A stretch of DNA of 52,503 bases, filler included, from Sphacelaria rigidula (Eukaryota), in the NCBI GenBank assembly GCA_964200075.2. It is 3 parts of 3 records of this genome, joined end to end, with 100 filler letters (N's around TTAATTAATTAA, not from the genome) between each part and the next. Parts side by side here need not be neighbours in the genome. Positions count along the whole stretch, not along the records: positions 35,074 to 52,503 come from CAXNAA020001086.1; 2 more parts are not named here. One strand, given 5' to 3'. The notes below the pieces were generated by a model. The model searched no databases. It saw only the letters and a list, made by a program, of their open reading frames with translations, and had not been told where the DNA came from. Numbering within the stretch: the stretch's first letter is position 1; every line of letters begins with the position of its first letter. Made by a program: the position numbers and the translations under genes. This document shows positions 36,943 to 48,900 of the stretch, piece after piece.

Positions 36943-39900
36943 CTGATGTGAGGGGTAGGTCGGAGGGTTCGGTTTGGCAGGCTGAATCAACACACACACA
37001 CCCGCGACCCGGCGGTCGAAGTAGTCCATCAACAGCCGGTTTGGGCGGAGTCGCAGTAGTGGTGGGTTCGAATTCCGATAGTTATGGTGTACTGTATCTT
37101 ACTGCTTTTCGTCGTAAAAAGCATAATAATGTGAGTGAAACGAAAATGATCGACGGACTGCAGGAGTGGTCATCATCCAACGCTCGTGAGAATAAATGGT
37201 CGAGGCAGATGCTGCAGCAATGTGAACGAGCTGGGCCCATCCCTTGAGACTTCGGGCCCGGCCAGCCCGCACATCATATTAATCGTGAGGCGCGCACCTG
37301 CTCAACAGCCCGGGCTCAATATTTGTCGGTGACAGACGCCATATCGAGTATATCCTTCACCGTACGGATATAGATAGGGTCCATACCAAAGTCAATACCA
37401 TACCCCGAACGATATGTACAGCGGATGACGATGAGTTTTGGAGTGTACATGCCCTGCAGAACGGGGAGACTGTCGCTACGCTCACCTACACCTAATGCGT
37501 TATTTGCCCCGAGATTTGACGCACATGAGAGCTCATACTGTGGTGTAATGTGTTGTATGTTCTTGTGCACGCCGGCTACGACTTTCGGTACATGTGAGCG
37601 CCATCAGTCGGGTTCACACAGGAGGAAGGTCTACACAGGAGTTCTCCATTATTTCTTTTTGTTCCCCTACTCTACCTTATACGGTGCCTGCCCTTTTTTT
37701 CAATTATCGCGAGAAGGGTTTAGCCATCCCTTTCCCTCGTCGATCTTCAAGTCCAACTTTATGTACCCACGAGAGGGTCGCTCTCCACTGCTTCACTGTT
37801 GGGTATGATGCACACCCTGGACGAAAGATTCCATTGTCAAAAAATGTGCTGCGCACAGTATGGAATCTGTTGTTTATTGCACACGCAATAGTCGATACTG
37901 TACCCAGTACAATTTCTGACAATGAAAAAAATTGTCCAGGGTGTGGTACGATGTGAGCAAAATCTCACATCGTGTGACTCCACCGACATTCGAACGCACG
38001 TCCCAACCGTCAGCTTTCGAGGTTACCCACTGAGTCATTGGGGCGACCCGGCACACTCGAAATATTTCAAGCAGAGGCACTTGACGCACCAAGCTTGGAT
38101 TTCACGTGTCAGTTTTGAGAGTTGCGCTTTGAATTTTGGTAGGGGGTATCGCGAGGGCAAGACAAAAACAAAAACAATGCGTGCAGGACGTTGGGATTTA
38201 TTTCATTTTCTGCCTGAAAGTTGACAATACTTTTTGGCCCTCAATTCAGTTTTTCAGCTCACTTTCTAGGGTTGTGCTTTGAAATTTAGAATCCCCAATC
38301 GCAAGGGCATACGAAAAACAAAACAAGAAAGCGAGGCCTTCATGTTTTCCGTTATTTCGGGCATCGTCGTGAAAAAGAAGGTCCTCATTAGATCGTATCA
38401 TAAAGATCGTATATTATCAGGGCCGTAATTTCCACTTCTGAAACAGTTGACACGGTTTTGGGCCCCACAACAGGGAGCATCGCCGTCACAAGTCATGGAC
38501 ACTTTGCACCGCCCCACCGAGAAGAGCCTAGCTCACTTTTCCGATTTGCTTGACTCCGAGATTTTGAGAACGGTCCCTGGACAAAAGTACGGCTGGAAAA
38601 AAAATGCGGCGTCGGGTTTTCTCGTTAAGCAGGGAAAATATTCCAATGTTTCTGGGTGAGAAGTCGGAAAAGTTCAAAATCTGAAAAAGAAAAAAAACAG
38701 GAGCAGCGTTTATAAATTTCTTATTGCATCTAATTCTGGTCGTTAAAAGCGTCAGGACGCGAGTAGCAGAAGAATCTTCTGCTTGGCTGCGGGTTCGTTG
38801 GATGACGTTCGATACGGTGCGGGAGTAGTCATGATCCAATTCTTGCGACAAGAATGTAAGGCGCGTACCTACCAAGGCGAGAGATGGCTATATTGATCCC
38901 CTGAGACAGAGAGATAGACCACGGACTCGTCCCAAGGGACGCGAGTGGCTGCAAAGGTTGACAAATGCGACCAGAAGCGAAAAAAAAAAGATCGCGGATC
39001 GAACTCGTGACAAGTGATTTCCACCCCACTGTATTTCTCTACTTGTATCCCACACTGTGGTGTAGTGTGGTGATGAATCCCAGCGAACTGACGTGATACT
39101 ATCGGTACTCCAAACATGGATGAAACACGATTGAAAGTACAGTACACACGGCACTCACTTCTTGAATTTAGGATCCTCGAGAAGCACAATGTCGCTGGGG
39201 AGCATCATGAGAGCGCCGGAGGGAGACTCGTACTGGAACGGTGTGAAGTCCTGAGTAGAAAAAAAAACGGCAGATCAAAGCGGGGAGCAAGAGGAATTGC
39301 TTTCGTTCAACCATCGCCTCCTCACACAGGCGCTGTAACAGCTATCAAACAATGGAGGCAATCACGTGTCCTTCCCTTCCTTCGTTCCGATTATTAACCT
39401 TTGTGATGTAGCAATGTGATCGCGTTGAAGAAGCAGGTAGTATAACTCATTGACGAAATTTCGGACACCTTTGAGCAACAATCGTGGCCCAGAATCTGTT
39501 GTACGTATGCCTACAGATTAAAAAGAAAGATTGTGCACAGATGGAGCAGCTTTCTCATTGTGAATAATGGCCCATGACCTCTGAGGACACACCAATCTCC
39601 TTCAAAAGGGGGGCAGGAGAGGCGTGTGGGGGGTCAGTGCTAGTGGGTAAAAGAAAAAATAGAAATGGAATATGGTGCACTTTCGACTCTGCAACGAAAC
39701 GTTGAATCTGAAATAAGACGCAAACACATGAAAAACGTGTGCTTCGGCGTCAACATCAACATCAACATGGGTTTCAGGAATTGCAGCGTTTTTTACCCTT
39801 CGTGGGCCCAGTCTTCCTCTGTTTGCAGCAGGCTACGTCACAACGCATCACTGTGCTAGCGATGCTGTCGTCCCGGGACGCCATGATACGGATGCCAACT

Positions 39901-42900
39901 GACACTTGATTTTACAATGAATCGAGAGGAAACGAACAATCTCAGTCCTTGATAGTCGAAAGATGGTTTCACGGTCAGTTGGCATCAATACTCGCTGTAT
40001 CACGAGGCTCAGGGTGACAGCGAGAGGTCACGTGCAAGCTGCGAAAAAAGAATAATGAAAGGTTTCGACCAAGAGCTCCATTTTCCGTTCTCGCACTCAC
40101 CCCCCGTTACACTACTTGGAGCAGGTGAATACATACGGTAGTGAGCGGTCTAACTTTTCAATTTGTGGCATTTTGTCATTTTTTCGTAATTGGCGATTTT
40201 CTTAGGCTTTTTTCGCTTTCCACCGCTCATCACATAGGGGATCTGAAGATATTTGTATCCGCTTCACATACCAAGAAAAGAAATCAAATGTATTCAATAT
40301 TGAGTGAGTTATGGGCTGACCACTCATCGGGGGTCCTGCCACGTTTCAGCCCAGATTCTTACTGTTCTGTATTTTCGGTCGATCGAGCCCGTCCTGATCA
40401 TATTTGTCAAGAAATTTATAGTTTCATTTTTTTGAAATTTTGCCTACTCATTGCACTAGAGCCAAACAACTGTGTTTCACGGTCAGTAACACCCTCCTGA
40501 TGAACGGGGTATTTACTCGTTTCGCCCGATAACACCAACATACACTGAATTGGGCACTTTGTTTCGAGGATGATCTATTGTGTTGTACCAAATTCTGCCG
40601 ACGCTAGCAATTTCGACCTCTATCGAAGAATAGTACGCGAGGAAAATCCCAAAACACCCCGAAACAGTTAGACCGCCCACTACTGTAGATTCCTGACAAT
40701 ATTCAATCGCTTGGGCGTGATTGGTTCACATGACAAAAAATCGGTGTCTCCTTTACTGGAAAAGTCGCTGCGCTTCACTACCAGGGTGCCCCTTTCCGGC
40801 CATCGAGTGTACGTGAACAATCTTAATTTCATATTTTATACTCATCAAGGTGGGGGGGGGGGGGGGGGGGGGGTTTTGGTGAGTTTCAAAGGGTGTGTTG
40901 GGTAGGATAAACACCCCGGGTATTCACTCTCCCGAATTTCGTGTTGCGATGGCGCCATCTCCAACCTCTACCCAAATATTGAGTAGACTTAGATGCGACC
41001 ACAATACTGTACCCACCATCTGGATATTGTTGAGTAAGATCTATAATAAAACTCGATCCAAGTTTTGGGTACTTGAGAGCACGATTTCAGACTACGATTT
41101 TTCATGATACCCAAATGTAGCAAATACCCCACCAAACACACCTTTGTAGCACGTTTTGATATTTTTGCCGTGCACCAGTAACTTCGTTCTCGTTCCTTTG
41201 TACCACCGTCTGCCATGGTACTACAGTATTATAGTAGTAATACTATCGACATGTGTTTTTTCCCTTCAAAGCCGCCGATTTCTTCAGGGGAAATCGGGGG
41301 CAAATGTGCGAGCACATTCATCATCTAGGTTAGGAAATCGCTCAATACAAGACTAACTACAGATTTCTCCGAAACTCCAACGTCGGATTTTTATTCGCCG
41401 GTTTTCTCCGGGAGAGGTTAGGAAAACATATTAATATCCAGTTTCTCGGTAGGGAAAAAAAAACTGAAAAAAGGCACGTTTACAAGATTCTATAGTCCTG
41501 CAGTATTGTACCCTTGTTCTTGTTCCTGTAGGCAACGGTCTGCCATGTGTTCAAAGTATTCCAACCATGGGTTGTTGGGCACGCTGCCGTCTTGCCTTGC
41601 CCATACCTTCTTCTCCCTCCACGGAATGGACTTGAGGAGCTTGAAGTACACAGAGCCGGTGAAGAGGTTAGGGGTAGGAGTCCATGGCCCCTCGTAGCCA
41701 GAGAAGTTTCGGTGGCATCTGTGGATAGTGGATCAAGGCAACGAGTACCTCTCAAGTTACGTCAAGAGGAGACAAACATATTGGGAGGTCCACGCATGAT
41801 GCGGTGGCTCGCCAACCCAGCACGACCCCAAAATGCGGGTACCTTACTCGTACGTCATACCGGTACATTGCAATCGCTCAATTTAGTTAACGCATTGAGA
41901 TTGTGACAGGTGTTGGTCATTTTGACCCCGCTGTGATGGGACCCGATATGGACACGTGTAGAAATATACAGGCTTGTTGACGCTCATCACCCAACATACA
42001 CTAATCAGCGAAATACCTTCCGCAGTGCCTACCCAAGAGTCGCATACATGGTGCCCATACTGACCACCATGGGCAACTGAAGAGATTCACATAGCCGGCT
42101 TTTGTTGAAGGCGATCGCGCCAAGGGCAAAACGGTACCTCGACAAATCAGCGCTCTAGAAATCGTTCTAAGCTAAGGTACGAATTCCCGACACAAGTTCT
42201 ACTCAATGTTCACATAAAAGCCTGAGCTGGTGGTGTGTTTTCCGTACAGACCAACCTAGGGCAGAGGTGTCATTTTCATCTTCGACGTGTATGTACCCTT
42301 GCCAATACCAAGACTTCAATACCACCCCCCTTGTGCAACCGGTCCCTTGATACGATCGAAAAAAGTATTATTATTCCAGCAACGGAAATGGTCATGCTAA
42401 AAAAAGGTGTACGTGAGCGCGGGTGGAACAATTTCAGCTAGAGCTTCGGTCCGTTACAACAGGTGACAGGTGAACAAACGCCTTCAAAAAGCGGCCATCT
42501 GATTGGCCGAGACAGCAAAAATACCTGATCACGACCGCAAAACCGAGTAGGAGGGGGTACATGAAATCGCCTGGTGTTCTCCCTGCCTGTACCTGATCCT
42601 CGAAAAGTACCTGGAAGTGGCTAGCAACGGGTACTGATATCTTCGCTCGATTACCGTGTCCACTACACAACGATGTCTGCAGATGAAAATACAAATATAT
42701 CCATCTCTTTCACCTTATTTTTCGAAGCGCGTTCGGTATCCCGCATGTGTGATGGTACGATTCCAACGGAATTCCGCAACAAAAAGGGGTAGCATACCTC
42801 TCACACTCCCCCCCTATCCCCCTTTTGGGCCCCAGGAAAAATTCAAGGAATTGGCAGGGAACCACCAAACGAAAAAAATAAATGATGACCATTTTTCGCT

Positions 42901-45900
42901 CTTGTAGCGATTCGATTTTCGCCGCTCACCCTCCTACTCCTACTTTGTTCCGTTCCCTACTACATACAGCATACAGCAATGCTCGACGACTGTGCAAAAA
43001 TAACACCGTTGTCATTGATTGAATTATTGAGTGCTTAATCTATTGCCGCCGATGAAACTCATCCCTGAGGGACCCGAGGTCAACAGAAAAAATAATACTC
43101 GCTGACGAACAAAGAGGGTGCAAAAAACAAGAAGTATGTTGTACAAGTTACCGTAACGTATACAACGTATAACAGAACAAAACCGCTTACTGAAAAAAAA
43201 AGGTGTCTGTGGGGGGGGGGGCGTACTCATTTGTTGCTTGCCTTAGTCATTAGGTGTCTGTGGGGGCGGGTTATGTTATACTGAGGAGTGAAAAATACCT
43301 GCCGAGGGCGTGCGCGCCGGAAAGAGCCACGATTTCTTTGTCATTGAAGCCCATACGATAAAACACATCCCGCAGTCCCTGAGCAGTGCTCATGGGGTTT
43401 CCCTTGTCGGCTGCCGGAAGCCGTCCGCCCGGAGGAACGGCCGACACATCATCGTCCTTGCGTCCCGCACGCCACCTGGACCACAAGTTCAAGCGTTCAC
43501 ATTAGCCTCATCTGAGCGTCTCGTGTTAAGCGGTGGTAGGGTAGGGTACGGGTATACCCCCGTATTTCAGGGACGTACACTGCGTATACATGTCCTGTCA
43601 TACTGGGTATCCATACTGGGTATCTCAAACCTCCCTCAGTTCCTCAGGACGAGGTCCGTGGTCTCGCAAGAGATCAACCAACCCATCTCTCGCTCATTAC
43701 AGTACAGATACGCCTGGCATTTTAGCATACAAGAGTGAAAAATGACTCATCAGCTCTCCCGCGCTCCCCGTATACTCTCTCGTTGAATTCCCCCATTTCT
43801 TCTGTCTTTCCTCTCGGAACGTGTCTTCCGGACAGGATTCGAAGCCACGGTCTGGCGTTCTTAACTACCTAATACTGTACCACGTTAATTTAAAAACACC
43901 AGCCGCGGCGGAAATTCAAGTTCGCAAGAATGTATACTTCGAATACAAGAGATCATATTTCTTGTGTCTCTGTGTGTGTGTGTGTTTCCCTCTTGTTTTC
44001 AGTATACTGTACAGTAGTCATTATCTCTCCCTTTTCCAGCTTTACCCGATCTCGAGTTTACTTTTACAAGTAGCGAATATTTCCATTTTTTGCTCTTCTT
44101 GGGGCGCAGCGGGAACGTGCGCGAGTTTTTGTTTGACGAACTTCCAGCAAGTGCACAAACAAATACAAGACGAAAAAATTCAAGCGCCGTTTCGTAGCGC
44201 CCGTCACTGAACTCACTTGATTTTGGGGCCGCCCATCTTCTCTACCGCAGTAACGCCGGCCAAGGTGTAGAGATCGCCGTAAGACAGATCCGGGTACTTC
44301 TGCTTGATGGGTTCCATCCACCTACGATAGTACACATTTTGACAAAGAAAAGGGGGGTATAGAAAGGAGAACGCGCATCCCGATCGCGAGATGAGAACAA
44401 AAAACGAGGCAAAAATGACTCGATCCCTTGACTCGTCTCGTGGAGGGCGGGCGGGGGGGGCGAAAGTGTGGCGAGAAAAGAAGCTGTGGTTGTTCAGTTG
44501 ATGTTTGCTACTCGTCTATCGGAGCAGCATGATCGTGGTAGATACTATATTTTCAAAAAGGTGAAACGGATTACAAATAAATATTATGATGATGGTGATG
44601 TATTTGATGGTAATAATTAATAATAATGATGACGATATTACGATTACTAATAACGGTGATGATGGCAAAGATGACACTAACAATACAAGGATGATATTAA
44701 TTGGGATAGTAGTAATACATCATTAAATAATAACTTACTCGACGGCTGTGTAAAGGCCGGCGTTTGCGCCATCCGCTAGTTCCTCCTTGAAGCGCATAGT
44801 GCCGCCTTGAGAACCTCCCGTCTTCGAGATGCGATCGTACGTGCCCGAAGAGTGCCAGGCGAGCCTGACACACGCCCAGGACGAGATGGGGGGACATGAG
44901 CATTCAACGCAACTCTCAGTGATGGCACTGCTAGGTAACGAGGATGCTTGGAGCACGTACAAAATCGTACGTACTGTGTGTTGGGACATGGACTTTCAAA
45001 AACGTTTACTCATTTCAACCCTTCGACCGCCAGGGTGGCCACTTGATGAAATATCGGATTCATTCTTCACTTCGGAAATGATGGCAAGATCCAGATGACA
45101 TCACCATGGCTTGGTAAAAGAGAAGGTTGAAATCGAAAGCATGCTACACAATATCAAATATTAGATTATTCTCTGAGCGCCGGATAATGGTCCACCTGGG
45201 TCTGAGAATTCATCACTCAAGTGACGATGAAATGATGCCGAATCTGAGACAGAACGCTCCTGGGCCATCAAAGGCTGAATGCCCGTGGAACTCGTGTGGA
45301 CTTTTTCGGTGTACATGCTACGAACACATGACACACGAATCATCGAGCTCTGTCCCAAGCTCAGCCCTCCACAGCGACCAATGCCTGGGAGCCTGTTATC
45401 TCCGTTTTCCTCGTTTTCTCTCATCTCGAAGCAGTCTTACTTTAGGCTGGCATCGCTTGTCCGTTGAACTTCCACAGTGTTTGTTATCTTGTACAACGTA
45501 AGGTTTACGTTCACGGACAATTTCCCTGGAGTTTGTTTGCCCTGAGCGAGTGTCCTCGTCAATATACCTACGTACTACGCATGCCTATTTCGTGGGCACG
45601 GCAGCAATCGTATCATTTTAACAACCAACCTACCAATGAAATCAATACATGAGTTGGGTAAACTCGGTACGAATAGTAGCGACTGTGAAACGAAAGATAT
45701 TACCTGACCAGGGTGGGACCGCGAGAGCCGTCCTTGCTAATGACGTCCTCGATGTCGTCCCTTACCTGTTTCACGGAAGAAAATGTATCCAGAATTTTTA
45801 CGGACATGAGAAAAAAACGACAAAAAAAATGGTGGCAATGACGACACCCCAAAAATCATGGAGTAGTACTCGCAGCGGCCATCAGTGAGCTGTGCACAGT

Positions 45901-48900
45901 AGTACAGTGGCCGCCATTCGGCAGCAGTGTATCCGAATACCACTCGGTTGTGAGTCGCGTCTCGGAACAGTACTTTCGAGTAAAGTCCTGTGAGTAAGCA
46001 TGACGTATGTGTACCTTCGAGACGGGGAGGCGTAGTATGTTCCGAGGACCCGTTTTAATCTCGGAATCGTGCAACACTACAGTCCGAGACACAAACAAGC
46101 GAGGAATTCATCTTCTGTTTCGCTATCCAAGACGTCAACATATAAAACTCTCGCAGGATTGCTCAACGTGAACTTGTTCTGTCAGGCCAAACTTTTCTTT
46201 CCCGGTACGCTCCCGTATCGTAGATTACATCAGCATTCCCACGCCGTGCCGGCTCTGGTCGAATGAACTTTACTTTCGTATTTGCGTCCTCACCTTTTGA
46301 AAAAAGCTCAGATGCATCTACTGACAGCGATATTCGAACCCTTACTATTTCGACCTAAACGATTTCACTTGTGTCAGGTGGACAAGAGGAGTACGGCGCC
46401 TGGGGGGTGGGGAGAAAATCAGCGACAAAGTCCGCCCTCCGTCGTCCCACATCATCCCCTCATCTTCCAAATATCGACCAGATTTTGCGTTGTACTCATA
46501 GATGGAAAATCCTTTCCAGAACTGGTTGCACTCAACTGGCTGCACTTGCTCTGTGCTGCATGTTACCGTGATTAGATCGCAGTGAGGTACAGTACGCAGA
46601 TTTTCCGTCCCAAAACCCGGGATTCCTGAAAATGCGGAGGCGTTTGAAGGCATATAAATCTATATATAATTAGAGAGAGAGAGATTCAGGACAGTTTGGT
46701 ACTCCTTTTTGGTTGTCTAACCGACACAAGTGGATGTTTGCCATGTCAACAAGTAGTTGTTCACCGCATCAGAGGTGAAGGGGTGCATCCGCAGGAAACT
46801 CGAGGGTTTCCTCACATCAGGCGTTTCTAGCTCGAAGCCGGGGAGTACTTCACGGGAACCGTAGGTAAGGTGCTGTACCGAGCGTACCCCCGGAATTTAC
46901 CGGGGTATCTCACACCGTGGTACGCGTGGGTATCGTAGGTATGAGTTTTGGAAATACCTGATTAAGTGGGTATGGTAGGTGTTGAAATCCCGAAATCCCG
47001 TGGTATCGTAGTTGTCGAAGACGTGAGTTTTGAAAATATCTGATTGAGCGGGTACGGTAGCTACTGGTATCTCGAAATACCGTGGTATCGTAGGTATGAC
47101 ACTTGCGAATACCCGCTAGGGGGGTACGGTCGGTACTAGTATCTCGAGATACCGTAGGTATCGTAGGTACGACATTTGAAAATACCCGATTGGGTCGGTA
47201 TCCGAAGGGTGTGATATGTCCCAAATACCGGTACCGGGTACATACCTTACCCGCTATACCGACTTCAGAACTGTAACCGGCAGTGCGGAGAAGCATTTCA
47301 GGGTGTGACTTGGCACCTTTATTTTTCGATCGAAAAAATGGGGGCGGTTGAATTGATTTGAGCGAAAATCGCTCATTTTTGTCGAGTTGGGTCCAAGCGA
47401 GTTTCAAGCTTTCGATCCAAAATGACCGTGAAATTCGTGGAACCGACCTCACAGGGTCACTCGTGTACAGTACATAAAGTCTGTACTGTCTGCACTGCGT
47501 GCAAGCAATGTCTTGAGTGCGTGTGTGCATATTTTGCACAGTACGATTGAGAAGCGGGCAACGTGCAGTACAGACAGCCTAGTACCATGGTTCTGTGAGT
47601 GGGTGTTATCTGTATGGTGGTCTATAATACAGGAGTCAAGTGCCGCTTCGTGCCTTTCGACCGCATGTTTTCGATTCAAGAAGCTTGGCTTCATCATTCT
47701 GTAGTTTTCCTCCGCGCGCCACTAATTATGCATTTGAGTTGAAGCCTTTTATATGGCACAGGCACGGACAGTGGGTGTAACTTATCTTACCCGGACAGTG
47801 GGTGTATGTAGGCTGTAGGCTGTAGCTTCTCACTCGGTGACAGGGTACATAGTGTGCGGAGCCGAGACATGAACGTGAACGGGACGGACTTTGCAAGGCA
47901 GGGTGTGGGTTGGAATGCAGAATACCTGGGTAGGGGGCTCCGACGGGGAGCCCCCAAGGCGGGAGAAACGCGATCCCAGACTGGGGATTGGAGGATGACA
48001 GTCCCAGGGTGACAGGTCCGGGTTGACTGGTCCGGAGTTATTAGTAAGCGGATCGGGTTATATACAGGTCAAAATAACACTTTCAAGACACAGGCCGGCG
48101 GACAGCGGGTGTGCCTACCTAACCCGGACGGTGAGGGTGTGTGGGTACTTTGTAGTTTGTAGCTTCTCACTCGGTGAAAGGGTACGGAGTGTGCGGAGCC
48201 GCGACGTGGACTTGAACGGGACGGACACTCCGTGCCCTTTCACCGAGTGAGAAGCTACAAACTACAAAGTACCCACACACCCTCACCGTCAGGGTTAGGT
48301 AGGCACACCCGCTGTCCGCAGACCTGTGCATCATGTCGGCGTCGACGGTAGGACCCGAACCTACGCGTGAAATCACAATGGGATTCCAATCCCAACTGGT
48401 AGCAATCACGGCGCTGCTACTTTTTCACTGTACGGGGACGCCTTAGCATATGAAAACCTTTCTCCCAGCCTTGATGGAGGCAGTCTCCTTGTGTACCACC
48501 AACTGATGGAGGGTCAAATCGATTGGGAGTCAGACCGTGTCACACCAGACGACGTGCGTGGGCGGGTGGGCCCGGGGACGTTGTTTTGCGTTCACGGTCG
48601 GATTTGTTTTTTCGTTTCCGACGGGGTGTTGTGGGAGGTGACTCAAACGGGAACCCGGACCGACGATGCTTGGACAGCATTCACTGTGTGTATGTCGTCG
48701 AACGGTCTCAAACCTGCCGTTCGCCACTTGTCTACAACAGAAGAACAGCCCGTTACCCCGCAAGAGGCTGTCGACCGCGCCCGTAATGTTGAAGCGGGCG
48801 ATACATCCGCTGTAGCTGAGGGGGGTATGTTATTATGACCTGTATGACCCGACCCGCTTACTAATAACCCCGGGCTTGTCAACCCCGACCATCTTCCCGG

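Noticed and set aside
37064-37078. B-box-like GGTTCGAATTCC (similar motifs near 39000 and 43840)
   Set aside because: No cloverleaf or A box could be built around them.
39796-39818. Short AG...GT bounded segment on the minus strand within peroxidase intron 6
   Set aside because: Exons 6 and 7 already join in frame and match the family spacing, so the extra segment is not needed.
43735-43770. CTGATGA on the minus strand (also on the plus strand at ~40497) as a hammerhead ribozyme core
   Set aside because: No stem II followed by GAAA and no flanking stems in the required arrangement.
46910-47539. 209-aa minus-strand ORF in peroxidase intron 1
   Set aside because: Runs through an internally repetitive non-coding element; no domain recognisable.
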